This document shows positions 9,724-18,925 of a DNA stretch of 64,000 nucleotides, in pieces (the stretch's first letter is position 1; each line of letters begins with the position of its first letter). The position numbers were made by a program, and so were the translations under genes. Below the pieces are notes generated by a model. The model was not told the DNA's origin. It searched no databases and worked only from the letters and a program-made list of their open reading frames with translations. Source of the DNA: Candidatus Enterousia sp. (GTDB taxonomy: Bacteria; Pseudomonadota; Alphaproteobacteria; Rs-D84); the NCBI GenBank assembly GCA_045613345.1, contig JAZLAT010000005.1, positions 135,112-199,111 on the forward strand, in the 5' to 3' direction.

Positions 9724-10896
9724 ATGAATAGAAAAACAAATATTATAATTGCACTGTTTGTCTTGTTATGCGCCGGCACAGGTTTGGCTTATTGGTTATC
9801 TGCCCCAAGTTTAGATAAAATGGTTGGTCAAATGATAATGACTGGTTTTCACGGTGATGGTAATGGTGAAAACCAAGAAAGTTTTATTGCAATCGAAGAA
9901 CAGATAAGAAAAGGTCATATTGGTGGCGTTATACTGTTTGATGTTGATGTATCCGGGCTGGTTGCCCAAGGCATGACTATACCAGAAGCAAAAAAACATA
10001 TTTTTTCGTCAAATATAAAAAATACGAATCAGGTCCAAGCATTGACAACGCATCTGCAATCTATTACTTCAACACCATTATTAATAGCCATCGACCAAGA
10101 AGGCGGCAACATTCAACGTTTAAAACCAGAACATGGTTTCTCACCCATTCCATCTGCAAAACAAATGGCAAAAACCGACGTAAAAACCACATATAATGTT
10201 GCGTACGATTTAGGGACACGTCTTTATAACCTGGGTATCAATGTTGATTTTGCGCCATCCGCAGATGTTGATGTGAACCCTAAATCACCTGCGATTGGGG
10301 CGCTTGAACGCAGTTTTTCATCCGACCCAAATATCGTAACAGAATTTGGAAAAGCCTTTTCTGATGGATTAAATGATGCGAACATAGTCAGTTCGTTTAA
10401 ACATTTTCCTGGTCACGGAAGTGCCACAGGGGATACACATGCCGGACTTACTGACATAACAAAAACTTATCAAGATTATGAATTAGAACCATGGAAAGCT
10501 CTTTTGACGAATGCTTCCCCACTAACAACAGTTATGGTTGCGCATGTTGTGAATAATAATTTTGATACTTTACCCGCGTCATTATCTGGTAGCACAATCC
10601 AAATGATACGCGATATGGGATTTGACGGTGTTATTTTCTCGGACGATATGGATATGGGCGCCATTGTAAACCAATATGGTCGTGAAAAAGCAATAGAAAT
10701 GGCAATAAACGCTGGTAATGACATATTGGTATTTGGAAACAATTTAAGTTTTGATGCAAATCGTGGTGAAGAAGTCAACAAAACAATTGTAAAACTGGTA
10801 CACCAAGGTAAAATTAAACGCTCACGAATTCGTCAATCATATAATCGTATTATGAACATGAAAAAACATATGCGTAACAAATCAAACAGCAGATAG
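9724..10896 (+). CDS. glycoside hydrolase family 3, NagZ-like beta-N-acetylhexosaminidase with N-terminal signal/anchor
   Basis: GH3 N-domain motifs DQEGGNIQRL, KHFPGHG, FSDDMDMGA. Hydrophobic N-terminus IIIALFVLLCAGTGLAYWL. Confidence 0.8.
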   Translation: MNRKTNIIIALFVLLCAGTGLAYWLSAPSLDKMVGQMIMTGFHGDGNGENQESFIAIEEQIRKGHIGGVILFDVDVSGLVAQGMTIPEAKKHIFSSNIKNTNQVQALTTHLQSITSTPLLIAIDQEGGNIQRLKPEHGFSPIPSAKQMAKTDVKTTYNVAYDLGTRLYNLGINVDFAPSADVDVNPKSPAIGALERSFSSDPNIVTEFGKAFSDGLNDANIVSSFKHFPGHGSATGDTHAGLTDITKTYQDYELEPWKALLTNASPLTTVMVAHVVNNNFDTLPASLSGSTIQMIRDMGFDGVIFSDDMDMGAIVNQYGREKAIEMAINAGNDILVFGNNLSFDANRGEEVNKTIVKLVHQGKIKRSRIRQSYNRIMNMKKHMRNKSNSR

Positions 10897-11039
10897 CACC
10901 TGACAAAAGCCATCAAACCAGTCATCGTTTGAATTTGTTCATGGTTAAAACTATTTCAAACATATCTGCTTGCAAAAAATGATTTGTGCTTTGCGTAAAT
11001 ATTTTCTAGGCATTTTGTCGTATAACATACGCAGTATTT

Positions 11040-11735
11040 TTGGTGTTATATTCACCCAACAAGAGGCGTATAATGTTGCACTTTATTTTGATTTATGGCC
11101 TTATGATAGTAAAATTGATTATGGCGATTGGTGCCGCGGTGCTGTTTATGCACATGTTCAACACATCGGGAACATTGAAACAAATGACACCGTTATCAGT
11201 TATCATAAACTTTCTTTTAAGTGCGATTTTATCTGAATTTATTTTGAACAAAGGCATTGATCTTTTGGAATTTGTTTTTGTTGTTTTAATATATGGTTTG
11301 CTTATCAGCATATTAAATCGTTTAACTTTTTATACAAATTTTGGACGCAGAATTTTCATCGGCAGCCCCCAAGTAATAATTCAAAACGGGCGATTAAACA
11401 CTGAAAAAATGCAGCAATTAAAAATATCTGGTCGTGACCTAGCGGTTGCTATGCGTCAACATAAAATTCATGCTATTGATGAAATCGAAATGGCACAAAT
11501 AGAACCAAATGGCGAATTAACCATTGTTAAAAAAGGCGACAAAAAATATCCAACTGTATTGATTGATAACGGAATAGTTGATGAATCTGCATTACAAAAA
11601 ATCAATAAAAACGACAAATGGTTACGCGCCGAATTGCGTGAAAAGAAAATCAAAAACATAGATGATATTTTTATCGCCCAATGGTATAATCGAAAATTAT
11701 ACATTGTTAAAAAACAAAAAGAACCCGAAAAATAA
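11040..11735 (+). CDS. DUF421 (YetF-like) membrane protein
   Basis: Three N-terminal TM helices, then a C-terminal domain of the YetF/DUF421 type as I recall it (VIIQNGRLNTEKMQQLKISGRDLAVAMRQHKIHAIDEIEMAQIEPNGELTIVKK). Likely real start MLHFILIYG at 11073. Confidence 0.55.
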   Translation: MVLYSPNKRRIMLHFILIYGLMIVKLIMAIGAAVLFMHMFNTSGTLKQMTPLSVIINFLLSAILSEFILNKGIDLLEFVFVVLIYGLLISILNRLTFYTNFGRRIFIGSPQVIIQNGRLNTEKMQQLKISGRDLAVAMRQHKIHAIDEIEMAQIEPNGELTIVKKGDKKYPTVLIDNGIVDESALQKINKNDKWLRAELREKKIKNIDDIFIAQWYNRKLYIVKKQKEPEK

Positions 11736-11791
11736 TATATTGTTTTATAAAAATTTTAAGTATGATATAATACATACACAAGGAGTCTGTT

Positions 11792-12169
11792 ATGAAAAAA
11801 ATATTTTTAATCTTTTGTTTGACAATAACACCTTTTTTAACCGCATGCACATCAGGTGACCCGGTTCACGAAGAACAATTGACCGTGGCTGCGGCGCAAC
11901 GCGAGATAAAAATTGGAATGTCTTCGGCAGATGTTGTTGCGGTTTTGGGTTCACCAAACATGATAACAACCGATGACCAACGACGCGAAACATGGGTATA
12001 TGACCGTGTATCAACAAATGTATCATCATCTTCATCGGGCGTATGGTTGTTGATTGCCGGCACATCAAGTACGAAATATTCACAAAATCAACGCACTTTA
12101 ACCATCATTGTTAAATTTGATGAAAACCAAAAAGTTCGTGATTTTGCATATCGCACATCTACATTCTAG
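11792..12169 (+). CDS. lipoprotein with SmpA/OmlA (BamE-like) domain
   Basis: Lipobox LTAC. IKIGMSSADVVAVLGSPNMITTDDQRRETWVY and IIVKFDENQKVRDFAY match the BamE/SmpA_OmlA pattern. Confidence 0.5.
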   Translation: MKKIFLIFCLTITPFLTACTSGDPVHEEQLTVAAAQREIKIGMSSADVVAVLGSPNMITTDDQRRETWVYDRVSTNVSSSSSGVWLLIAGTSSTKYSQNQRTLTIIVKFDENQKVRDFAYRTSTF

Positions 12170-12181
12170 GGAACACATAAT

Positions 12182-12703
12182 ATGAAAAAGTTCTTCATCA
12201 TCTGTTCTTGTGCGTTAGCATTATTTTCGTGCGCTTCATATGATAACTATTATAAACTGGATGAAAATTATTTGGCGCGCCGCCAGATGGAAACCGCGCA
12301 TTTCGATACAAACGACGAAGAACTTATCCTTTCCGCATCAGCGGGTGTGCTGCAAGACTTGGGATTCACTATTGACGAAAGCGAAACTAAACTTGGGCTG
12401 ATTACCGCATCAAAAAAACGCGAGGCAGGAAATACCGGTGCAAAAATTGCGCTTGTTATGTTGTCTGCTTTATCAAAATCAAATAATCCGCCGGTATATG
12501 ATACCGAACAAAAAATATATACTACACTGGTATCAACCAAAAGTCGAAATTCTGCTGGATACAATGTTCGCATAGAATTTGCGCGCATTATTTGGAACAA
12601 TAAAAACGAATCAAGAATTGAAAAAATTACAGATCCAAAAATTTATCAAGACTTCTTTGATAAACTCGGCCAATCGTTATTCTTGACGGCAAATTCTATA
12701 TAA
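12182..12703 (+). CDS. lipoprotein of unknown function (paralog of the next gene)
   Basis: Lipobox LFSC. Shares FDTND...LQDLGFTIDESETKLGLIT and the C-terminal YQDFFDKLGQSLFLTA motif with ORF 12714-13124. Confidence 0.5.
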   Translation: MKKFFIICSCALALFSCASYDNYYKLDENYLARRQMETAHFDTNDEELILSASAGVLQDLGFTIDESETKLGLITASKKREAGNTGAKIALVMLSALSKSNNPPVYDTEQKIYTTLVSTKSRNSAGYNVRIEFARIIWNNKNESRIEKITDPKIYQDFFDKLGQSLFLTANSI

Positions 12704-12713
12704 AGGAAAACAT

Positions 12714-13124
12714 ATGAAAAAAATTTTTATTATTTTATTTGGCATAACATTGATGGGCGGATGCGTTTCAACGCACCAAGATATCCTTGGTACTCAAAAT
12801 TCCCAAGTTGCGACCCGAAACTATCAATCACGTGCATTTGACAGTAATGATAAACAGATGGTTATGCGCAGTGTAATTGCGACCATGCAAGATTTGGGAT
12901 TTATAATTGATAAAGCCGATGAAACATTGGGCACGATAAGTGGCACATCTTTTGTTAACAATTCAAAAATGACGGTATCCATGCGTCCGTCCGGAAAATC
13001 ACAAATAATTGTGCGTGCAAATGCCACGGCGAACTTGCACGAAATAACAAATCCGATTGCATATCAAAATTTCTTCAATGCTTTATCACAATCATTGTTC
13101 TTGGATGCACATATGATAGAATAA
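12714..13124 (+). CDS. lipoprotein of unknown function (paralog of the previous gene)
   Basis: Lipobox MGGC. FDSND...MQDLGFIIDKADETLGTIS and C-terminal YQNFFNALSQSLFLDA. Confidence 0.5.
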   Translation: MKKIFIILFGITLMGGCVSTHQDILGTQNSQVATRNYQSRAFDSNDKQMVMRSVIATMQDLGFIIDKADETLGTISGTSFVNNSKMTVSMRPSGKSQIIVRANATANLHEITNPIAYQNFFNALSQSLFLDAHMIE

Positions 13125-13145
13125 GAACATAGCTTGTTATTTTCA

Positions 13146-13171
13146 AGACCGCAGAATTGCGGTCTTTTTTT
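13146..13171 (+). terminator. rho-independent terminator after the lipoprotein cluster
   Basis: AGACCGC-agaatt-GCGGTCT followed by TTTTTT. Confidence 0.7.
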
Positions 13172-13241
13172 GTATGAATACGAACCTAGTTATTTCCTGG
13201 TTTAAAAGTTATATACATTATACCAAGCAAAAGGAGAAAAA

Positions 13242-16200
13242 ATGAAACACCCCATTTATACAAACTTTCTTGGTATATCCGTGTTGCCGGCATTGGCAAT
13301 TATACCCGCCAACGCAGACCCAATAACAACACGCCAAGTAATAACAGAAAATACTACTTATACTGATTTAATTGCCGAAAATATTGCATCTACAACAGCA
13401 AACAACGGCGGAGTATTTTATATGATTGATGTTCCCGATGTCACATTGACTTTTGACGGAACAACACTGTTTAATGGCAACTCTTTAAATGACGGAGGTA
13501 TGGGCGGTGTAATTGGAAATGGATGGCTGTCATCACTTAATGGTGAAGGATACACGGTTGGCGGAAAAATCGTTTTCAACGGCACAACAAATTTTACAGG
13601 TAACAGCACAAACAACATAAACGGTGGCGGTGCAATATTTAACTATGGTAACGGCACCGCATCCACACCAGACATCACATTTAACGATTCGGTTAATTTT
13701 TCTGGAAATTCCGTAACCGGAACATCAACCAGTGTATATGTTGGTGGTGGCGCAATATATCATCGTGACGGAATGATTGTATTTAATAATTCGGCAAATT
13801 TTTCCGAAAACGCCTCTGCATCCAAAGGTGGCGCGATAATGACCGGTGGTGATATCATATTTGAAAAGTCTGCAACCTTTGACGGAAACAGTGCAGACAC
13901 ACAAGGCGGCGCAATCGCGGCACTTGGTGGCGATATAATCTTTAATGATTCCGCAACATTTACAAATAATTCCGCCGACAGCGCTTCGGCCATATTCAGC
14001 GGCGAAGATGCCGGCACAATTACCTTTAATTCCGGCGCATATTTTTCCAAAAATACTGGCATTGGCACAGTTTGGAACCATAATACGAATCGTGAAATAG
14101 TCTTTGCAAATGGCGCAACATTTAATGAAAATACAAATACTTTAAATGGTTCATTGATTAATGTTGGCACTATATCAATGACCGGTGGAAATTTGATATT
14201 CACAAATAATACAGGCAGCAACGGTGGCGGTCTGCAAAATGCGGGAACTGTCAATATTGAAACATATGGGAATATTTTATTCAGTGGAAATACAACAACC
14301 AGTTCCGCAGGAGCTTTTGATAATGGTGGCACAGTAACTTTTAATGCGACCCAGGTTTCATTTATAAACAACAAATCAAATGCGGGATATGGTGGCGCAA
14401 TATTTAATGCATCGGATTTAACTATATTAGGAAATGAAAATATCTTTAATGGCAACATCGCGTCTGATACAGGCACAACCAAAAGTGGTGGTGGGGCAAT
14501 ACACAATCGCGGCAATACCGGCACCACAGAATTGATCATTGGAACAAACGCCAGCACAAATACATTTACATCAAACACATCGTCTGCACACGGTGGCGCC
14601 ATCGTTTCGCGTGCTTTTGATGGCAACACACAAAATGCGATACTTGTAATAAACGGATCAACAAGTTTTTCGAATAACAGCGCAGCACTAAACGGTGGCG
14701 CAATATGGAACAGTGCCGCCGCATCAAGTGGCTCAACCGGAACAACCGAAGTCACATTAAACGGCACAAACAATTTTACAAATAATACATCGGGGAACCT
14801 TGGTGGTGCGATTTATAATAACAGTATTGTGAACCTGAACGGCACAAATACATTCAGCAATAATACTGCAAACGGAATCGCAAACGATATCTATAATGAC
14901 GGCACATTAAATATAAATGGAAACACAACAATCGATGGCGGAATCGATGGGGGCGGAATTTTAAACATATCGTCGGGCGCAACATTAAACATCGGCACAA
15001 CAACATTGACCCAAGATTCTGTACGACTTGACGGGACAATGATTGCGACTTTGCGCAGCGGTGCAGATGCACAATTTAATGTTGCCTCAGAATTCACCGG
15101 CAACGGCACATTGAAATTGGCATTGGAATCAGCGGGAACATATAATGTATTTGGCAATCAAACATTTGCCAATGTTGACCTGACCAATCCGATTTATAAC
15201 ATAACATGGGAAACATCAAGCGTAACCGCAGAATTAAAACCCGTATCTGATATCGCAACCGAAAATAATATCAGCACAAACGCCGCGACCACTGTCGCAA
15301 GCCTAGCCGAATCAACATCAACTGCACTAAACGAAGTTGCGGTATTGGTCCAAGAAACTTTGGCATCCGGAACAGACTCGGCAAAAACAGCAGTTGAACA
15401 CGCCACAACCGTTATCAATCCTGAAACACATCCTGTTATTCAAACCGTTGGTGCGGCAACACAAAATACTGTAACATCATTGGCATCGGCCCGTATGGGC
15501 GGTATGGGACGCAACGGCGGCGACGCATATATGAATGCCGGTGGAGTATGGACCCAAGGGATATACAACAAATCCAAATTAAACGACACCTTTAATGGAT
15601 ACACTTGGGGGATTGGTGCCGGTATTGATGGAACAATCAATGATATATTCACTTTGGGTGCCGGATATTCATTTACGCGTTCCAATATATCCGCCACATC
15701 GCGCGATATAGACATCGATTCTTCCACAATCTTTGTATACGGCGAATATCACCCCACAGGATGGTATTTGAACACGATTTTGAATTACACAATGGCTGAT
15801 TATTCTGAAAACGGTTCTGCATTGGGCGTTGGCGTAACATCTGATTATGATACAGACTCGTACGGTATCGCCGTTGCCACAGGCTGCAATTTCTTTGGCG
15901 ACATTGTCCCAGAATTTGGAATCAGATATTTGCATATCAATTCCACAGATTATAAAAATTCACTTGGCGTTGAAAACAAATTTGAAAAATCAGATTATAT
16001 GACATTATCATTGGGGACAAAATACGGAATGGATTTTTACCCGACACGGTTTTCAAAACTGCGCCCCGAAGCACACTATGCTTTGAAATATGATGTCATA
16101 TCTGACCGAACAAGTTTAACTGTAACAATGCCTGGTGTGAACGCGTACACTTTGGGTGGCGACCGTCTGTCGCGAATTGCCGGCGAAGTGGGATTAGGTT

Positions 16201-16307
16201 TAGTGATGAACTATCGCGGATTTGATGTATCATTGAACTATGATTTAGAAATGCGTCAAGATTATACATCACAAACAGGTCGCATAAAGTTCCGGTATAA
16301 TTTCTAA
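13242..16307 (+). CDS. autotransporter outer membrane protein with polymorphic-membrane-protein (Pmp)-type repeats
   Basis: Signal peptide. More than 15 iterations of GGAI(F/Y/W)N ... F.(G/N)N(S/T)A repeats (the GGAI/FxxN pattern of Pmp repeats). C-terminal beta-barrel translocator region ending RIKFRYNF (terminal aromatic residue). Confidence 0.85.
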   Translation: MKHPIYTNFLGISVLPALAIIPANADPITTRQVITENTTYTDLIAENIASTTANNGGVFYMIDVPDVTLTFDGTTLFNGNSLNDGGMGGVIGNGWLSSLNGEGYTVGGKIVFNGTTNFTGNSTNNINGGGAIFNYGNGTASTPDITFNDSVNFSGNSVTGTSTSVYVGGGAIYHRDGMIVFNNSANFSENASASKGGAIMTGGDIIFEKSATFDGNSADTQGGAIAALGGDIIFNDSATFTNNSADSASAIFSGEDAGTITFNSGAYFSKNTGIGTVWNHNTNREIVFANGATFNENTNTLNGSLINVGTISMTGGNLIFTNNTGSNGGGLQNAGTVNIETYGNILFSGNTTTSSAGAFDNGGTVTFNATQVSFINNKSNAGYGGAIFNASDLTILGNENIFNGNIASDTGTTKSGGGAIHNRGNTGTTELIIGTNASTNTFTSNTSSAHGGAIVSRAFDGNTQNAILVINGSTSFSNNSAALNGGAIWNSAAASSGSTGTTEVTLNGTNNFTNNTSGNLGGAIYNNSIVNLNGTNTFSNNTANGIANDIYNDGTLNINGNTTIDGGIDGGGILNISSGATLNIGTTTLTQDSVRLDGTMIATLRSGADAQFNVASEFTGNGTLKLALESAGTYNVFGNQTFANVDLTNPIYNITWETSSVTAELKPVSDIATENNISTNAATTVASLAESTSTALNEVAVLVQETLASGTDSAKTAVEHATTVINPETHPVIQTVGAATQNTVTSLASARMGGMGRNGGDAYMNAGGVWTQGIYNKSKLNDTFNGYTWGIGAGIDGTINDIFTLGAGYSFTRSNISATSRDIDIDSSTIFVYGEYHPTGWYLNTILNYTMADYSENGSALGVGVTSDYDTDSYGIAVATGCNFFGDIVPEFGIRYLHINSTDYKNSLGVENKFEKSDYMTLSLGTKYGMDFYPTRFSKLRPEAHYALKYDVISDRTSLTVTMPGVNAYTLGGDRLSRIAGEVGLGLVMNYRGFDVSLNYDLEMRQDYTSQTGRIKFRYNF

Positions 16308-16320
16308 CACCCCGAACAAA

Positions 16321-16347
16321 AAATCCCCGAAATAAATTCGGGGATTT
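16321..16347. terminator. bidirectional terminator hairpin between convergent genes
   Basis: AAATCCCCGAA-ataa-ATTCGGGGATTT, flanked by an A-run and a T-rich tail. Confidence 0.65.
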
Positions 16348-16368
16348 GTTATTTTATATTGAGTATTT

Positions 16369-16734
16369 TTATCTGCACCCAACAAACGCCCAATTATCTC
16401 CACCTTCAACAGGTTCCGCAATCATTGTGCGCACTGTAAAATCTTCTTTGCACCTATCCGGGTCATTCAAAGAAATCTCAACATACACATTTGCGGTATC
16501 AGCATACAATTCAGCCGGATTTAATTGACCACCCGCCCTGAACTTACCATTCGGTTCCATAGCTTTGACACCAGCAACCCATTCTTGATCTGCAGGACAT
16601 TTATACACCAAGTGTGCCTTGGTTGTTTCTATTCTTTCACACCCGGGTAATATTGCATCATATTTGCTATAATCTTGACCACAGGCAACCAGTGCCAATG
16701 CGCCAACAGACAACAGTGATAATATTTTATTCAT
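16369..16734 (-). CDS. small secreted protein or lipoprotein, unknown function
   Basis: Signal peptide with LVAC lipobox-like cysteine. 121 aa, 4 further Cys. Confidence 0.45.
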   Translation of the reverse strand: MNKILSLLSVGALALVACGQDYSKYDAILPGCERIETTKAHLVYKCPADQEWVAGVKAMEPNGKFRAGGQLNPAELYADTANVYVEISLNDPDRCKEDFTVRTMIAEPVEGGDNWAFVGCR

Positions 16735-16794
16735 GTTTTTACTCCTTTATTTATACATTTTCATAATACAAAAACATATAATAATGTGTCAATG

Positions 16795-17433
16795 TTATTT
16801 TTTTACAATCGGTTCCATGCAATCGTCGTCTGCGCAACACGCGAATTTCATTTGTGAAACTTCTTTAAACTTATATCCCGCACAGCAACCATACCTGTTT
16901 GGTTTTGCACCATCCGCACACAAGCCTTTTGCCAAATTTTCTGCGGCAACTTCGGCGGCGGCGGCTAATTCTGCTTCTATTTCTTCGGGTGTTTTTTCGG
17001 GTTCTGGTTCAACAACCGGTTCTTCGACTTCGGTGGCTTCCGGTTCCAAGACCTCTTCAACCGGCGGCATTTCCGCACCCGCAGCCGAACGAGCATTCAA
17101 ATAATTTCGCACCGGACGACGACTTGCAACCGGCGCACATTGGGAACGCCACCGCGCGGTCATAGCATTCAATTCGTCTTGAAATTCCGGATAACTTTTT
17201 ACATCTTCGCGCAAATTTGCAATGCGTTCATTTATATCGGCACAAGTCAAACGTTCAGACACACCACGCACTTCTTCGGTCATATATTCTTCATCATAAG
17301 CGTCGTCAATATCGTCATCTTCATATAAATCTTCTATTTCGATGAATTCTTGATATTCAACATCATCATCTGCAATCGCCGGCGCAACCAGCAAAGACAA
17401 CGCACCCAAAAAACATACAAACTTTAATTTCAT
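16795..17433 (-). CDS. secreted acidic protein with Cys-rich C-terminus, unknown function
   Basis: Signal peptide (LLVAPAIA), long D/E-rich stretches, a PVEE/PEPE low-complexity region, and the C-terminal segment CADGAKPNRYGCCAGYKFKEVSQMKFACCADDDC. Confidence 0.45.
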   Translation of the reverse strand: MKLKFVCFLGALSLLVAPAIADDDVEYQEFIEIEDLYEDDDIDDAYDEEYMTEEVRGVSERLTCADINERIANLREDVKSYPEFQDELNAMTARWRSQCAPVASRRPVRNYLNARSAAGAEMPPVEEVLEPEATEVEEPVVEPEPEKTPEEIEAELAAAAEVAAENLAKGLCADGAKPNRYGCCAGYKFKEVSQMKFACCADDDCMEPIVKK

Positions 17434-17443
17434 TTTTACTGCC

Positions 17444-18175
17444 CTATTCTTCTATGACACGTTGAAGTTCCATTATAAAGTCAATTCCGGGATCGACCAA
17501 CTTTTCAACTTTTTTAATATACTTTTTTGCTTCGTTTTGCATTTGCAATTTTTTATATGTATTCACCGTAGATAACATTTCACCTTTATCTATATCATTT
17601 TCATCAACACGAATACCTTCGGCAATTTGCAATTCATTTAACGCCATTTGAGCATACTTCTTTGCATTTTCCGGACAACCATCTTCCGCCATTTGTGAAT
17701 AGATTTTTGCATTACGCGAATGTCCATATGAATTCGCATACCCCGGCACTAATTCTTCGGTCAACTGTCTTTCAATAACTTGGCAAGGACGTTCCGCAAC
17801 CGTATTATTGAAAACTTCATCCATAGTGTTTAACAACATATGTTCGCGTACCGCCAATTCACTGAAACGCGCCCTATTATCTTCGCACCCACGCACAGAC
17901 AACACATTATATATTTTAAGGTTCTGTGCATAATCATCATCGGAAATATATTCCAACAATTTTTCTTCGATTTCGGCGCACGTTTGTTTATTTTTAACAC
18001 TGTCAGAAATGCTGTATACAGCGGATTCTGCTGACTGGACATGTTTATATCCCCACAAAGATATACCCGTCATCATGCCGCACAAAAATATACCAATCAA
18101 CGCAATCCACGCCAAAATCTTGTGCGTACGCGTGCAAACATAGCAATTATTTTTTACTTCGGTATATTTTTTCAT
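17444..18175 (-). CDS. membrane-anchored protein, unknown function
   Basis: Single N-terminal TM helix (ILAWIALIGIFLCGMMTGISLW) followed by a helical domain with repeated ...C(E/P)(D/E)N(A/R) motifs. Coding-like composition. Confidence 0.4.
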   Translation of the reverse strand: MKKYTEVKNNCYVCTRTHKILAWIALIGIFLCGMMTGISLWGYKHVQSAESAVYSISDSVKNKQTCAEIEEKLLEYISDDDYAQNLKIYNVLSVRGCEDNRARFSELAVREHMLLNTMDEVFNNTVAERPCQVIERQLTEELVPGYANSYGHSRNAKIYSQMAEDGCPENAKKYAQMALNELQIAEGIRVDENDIDKGEMLSTVNTYKKLQMQNEAKKYIKKVEKLVDPGIDFIMELQRVIEE

Positions 18176-18198
18176 TGTCTCTCTCCTTTGTTTTTTAT

Positions 18199-18909
18199 TT
18201 ATTTGACGATTCCGCCTTTGATTGTAATTTTTCTGTCTGCACGATTTGCCAAAGACATATCATGCGTGACAAACAGCATAGCCATCTTATTCTTACGCAC
18301 CAAATCTAACAGCAATTCAAACACTGCAACCGCATGATTTGGATCTAAACTTCCCGTCGGTTCATCCGCCAACAAAATATCAGGATTATTTGCCAACGCA
18401 CGCGCAACGGCGGCACGCTGTTGTTCGCCGCCCGACATTTGTCCCGGCAAGTGCGATGCACGATGGGCGACATTTGCCGCCTTTAACAATTTCATTGCCC
18501 GTGCCGCGGCAACATCTGGCGCGACACCATTTGCCAACATAGGCAACATAACATTTTCCAATGCCGTAAAGTCCGATAATAAATTATGCCGTTGATACAC
18601 AAAACCTAACTTGCGCCGACGAACCATTGTACGCATTTCATCATTCATAGTATGCACCGGCACGCCCGCGACCAAAATGCTGCCTCCGGATGGTTTGTCC
18701 AATAATCCCACACATTGCAACAGAGTAGATTTTCCCGAACCCGACGGTCCAACCAGTGCGACAATTTCCCCCCTGTGCAAATCGAACCCGCCACCCGTCA
18801 AGATATGCAACGGCTGGCCTCCTTCGACAAAGGTCTTTTTAATATCGCGCACCGACAAGACAACTTCGCCCTGCTTTGGTTTTGATAAAGAATTCAATAT
18901 CGACGCCAT
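18199..18909 (-). CDS. lolD: lipoprotein-releasing system ATP-binding protein LolD
   Basis: ABC motifs GPSGSGKST, LSGGEQQRAAVARAL, LLADEPTGSLD. Immediately downstream of a LolC/E-type permease. Confidence 0.8.
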   Translation of the reverse strand: MASILNSLSKPKQGEVVLSVRDIKKTFVEGGQPLHILTGGGFDLHRGEIVALVGPSGSGKSTLLQCVGLLDKPSGGSILVAGVPVHTMNDEMRTMVRRRKLGFVYQRHNLLSDFTALENVMLPMLANGVAPDVAAARAMKLLKAANVAHRASHLPGQMSGGEQQRAAVARALANNPDILLADEPTGSLDPNHAVAVFELLLDLVRKNKMAMLFVTHDMSLANRADRKITIKGGIVK

Positions 18910-18925
18910 CTATAAAATCCCTTTG

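Noticed and set aside
13760-14773. 337-aa minus-strand ORF inside the autotransporter gene
   Set aside because: It is antisense to the repeat region of a well-supported autotransporter. Repetitive sequence keeps the opposite frame open. No independent evidence supports it.
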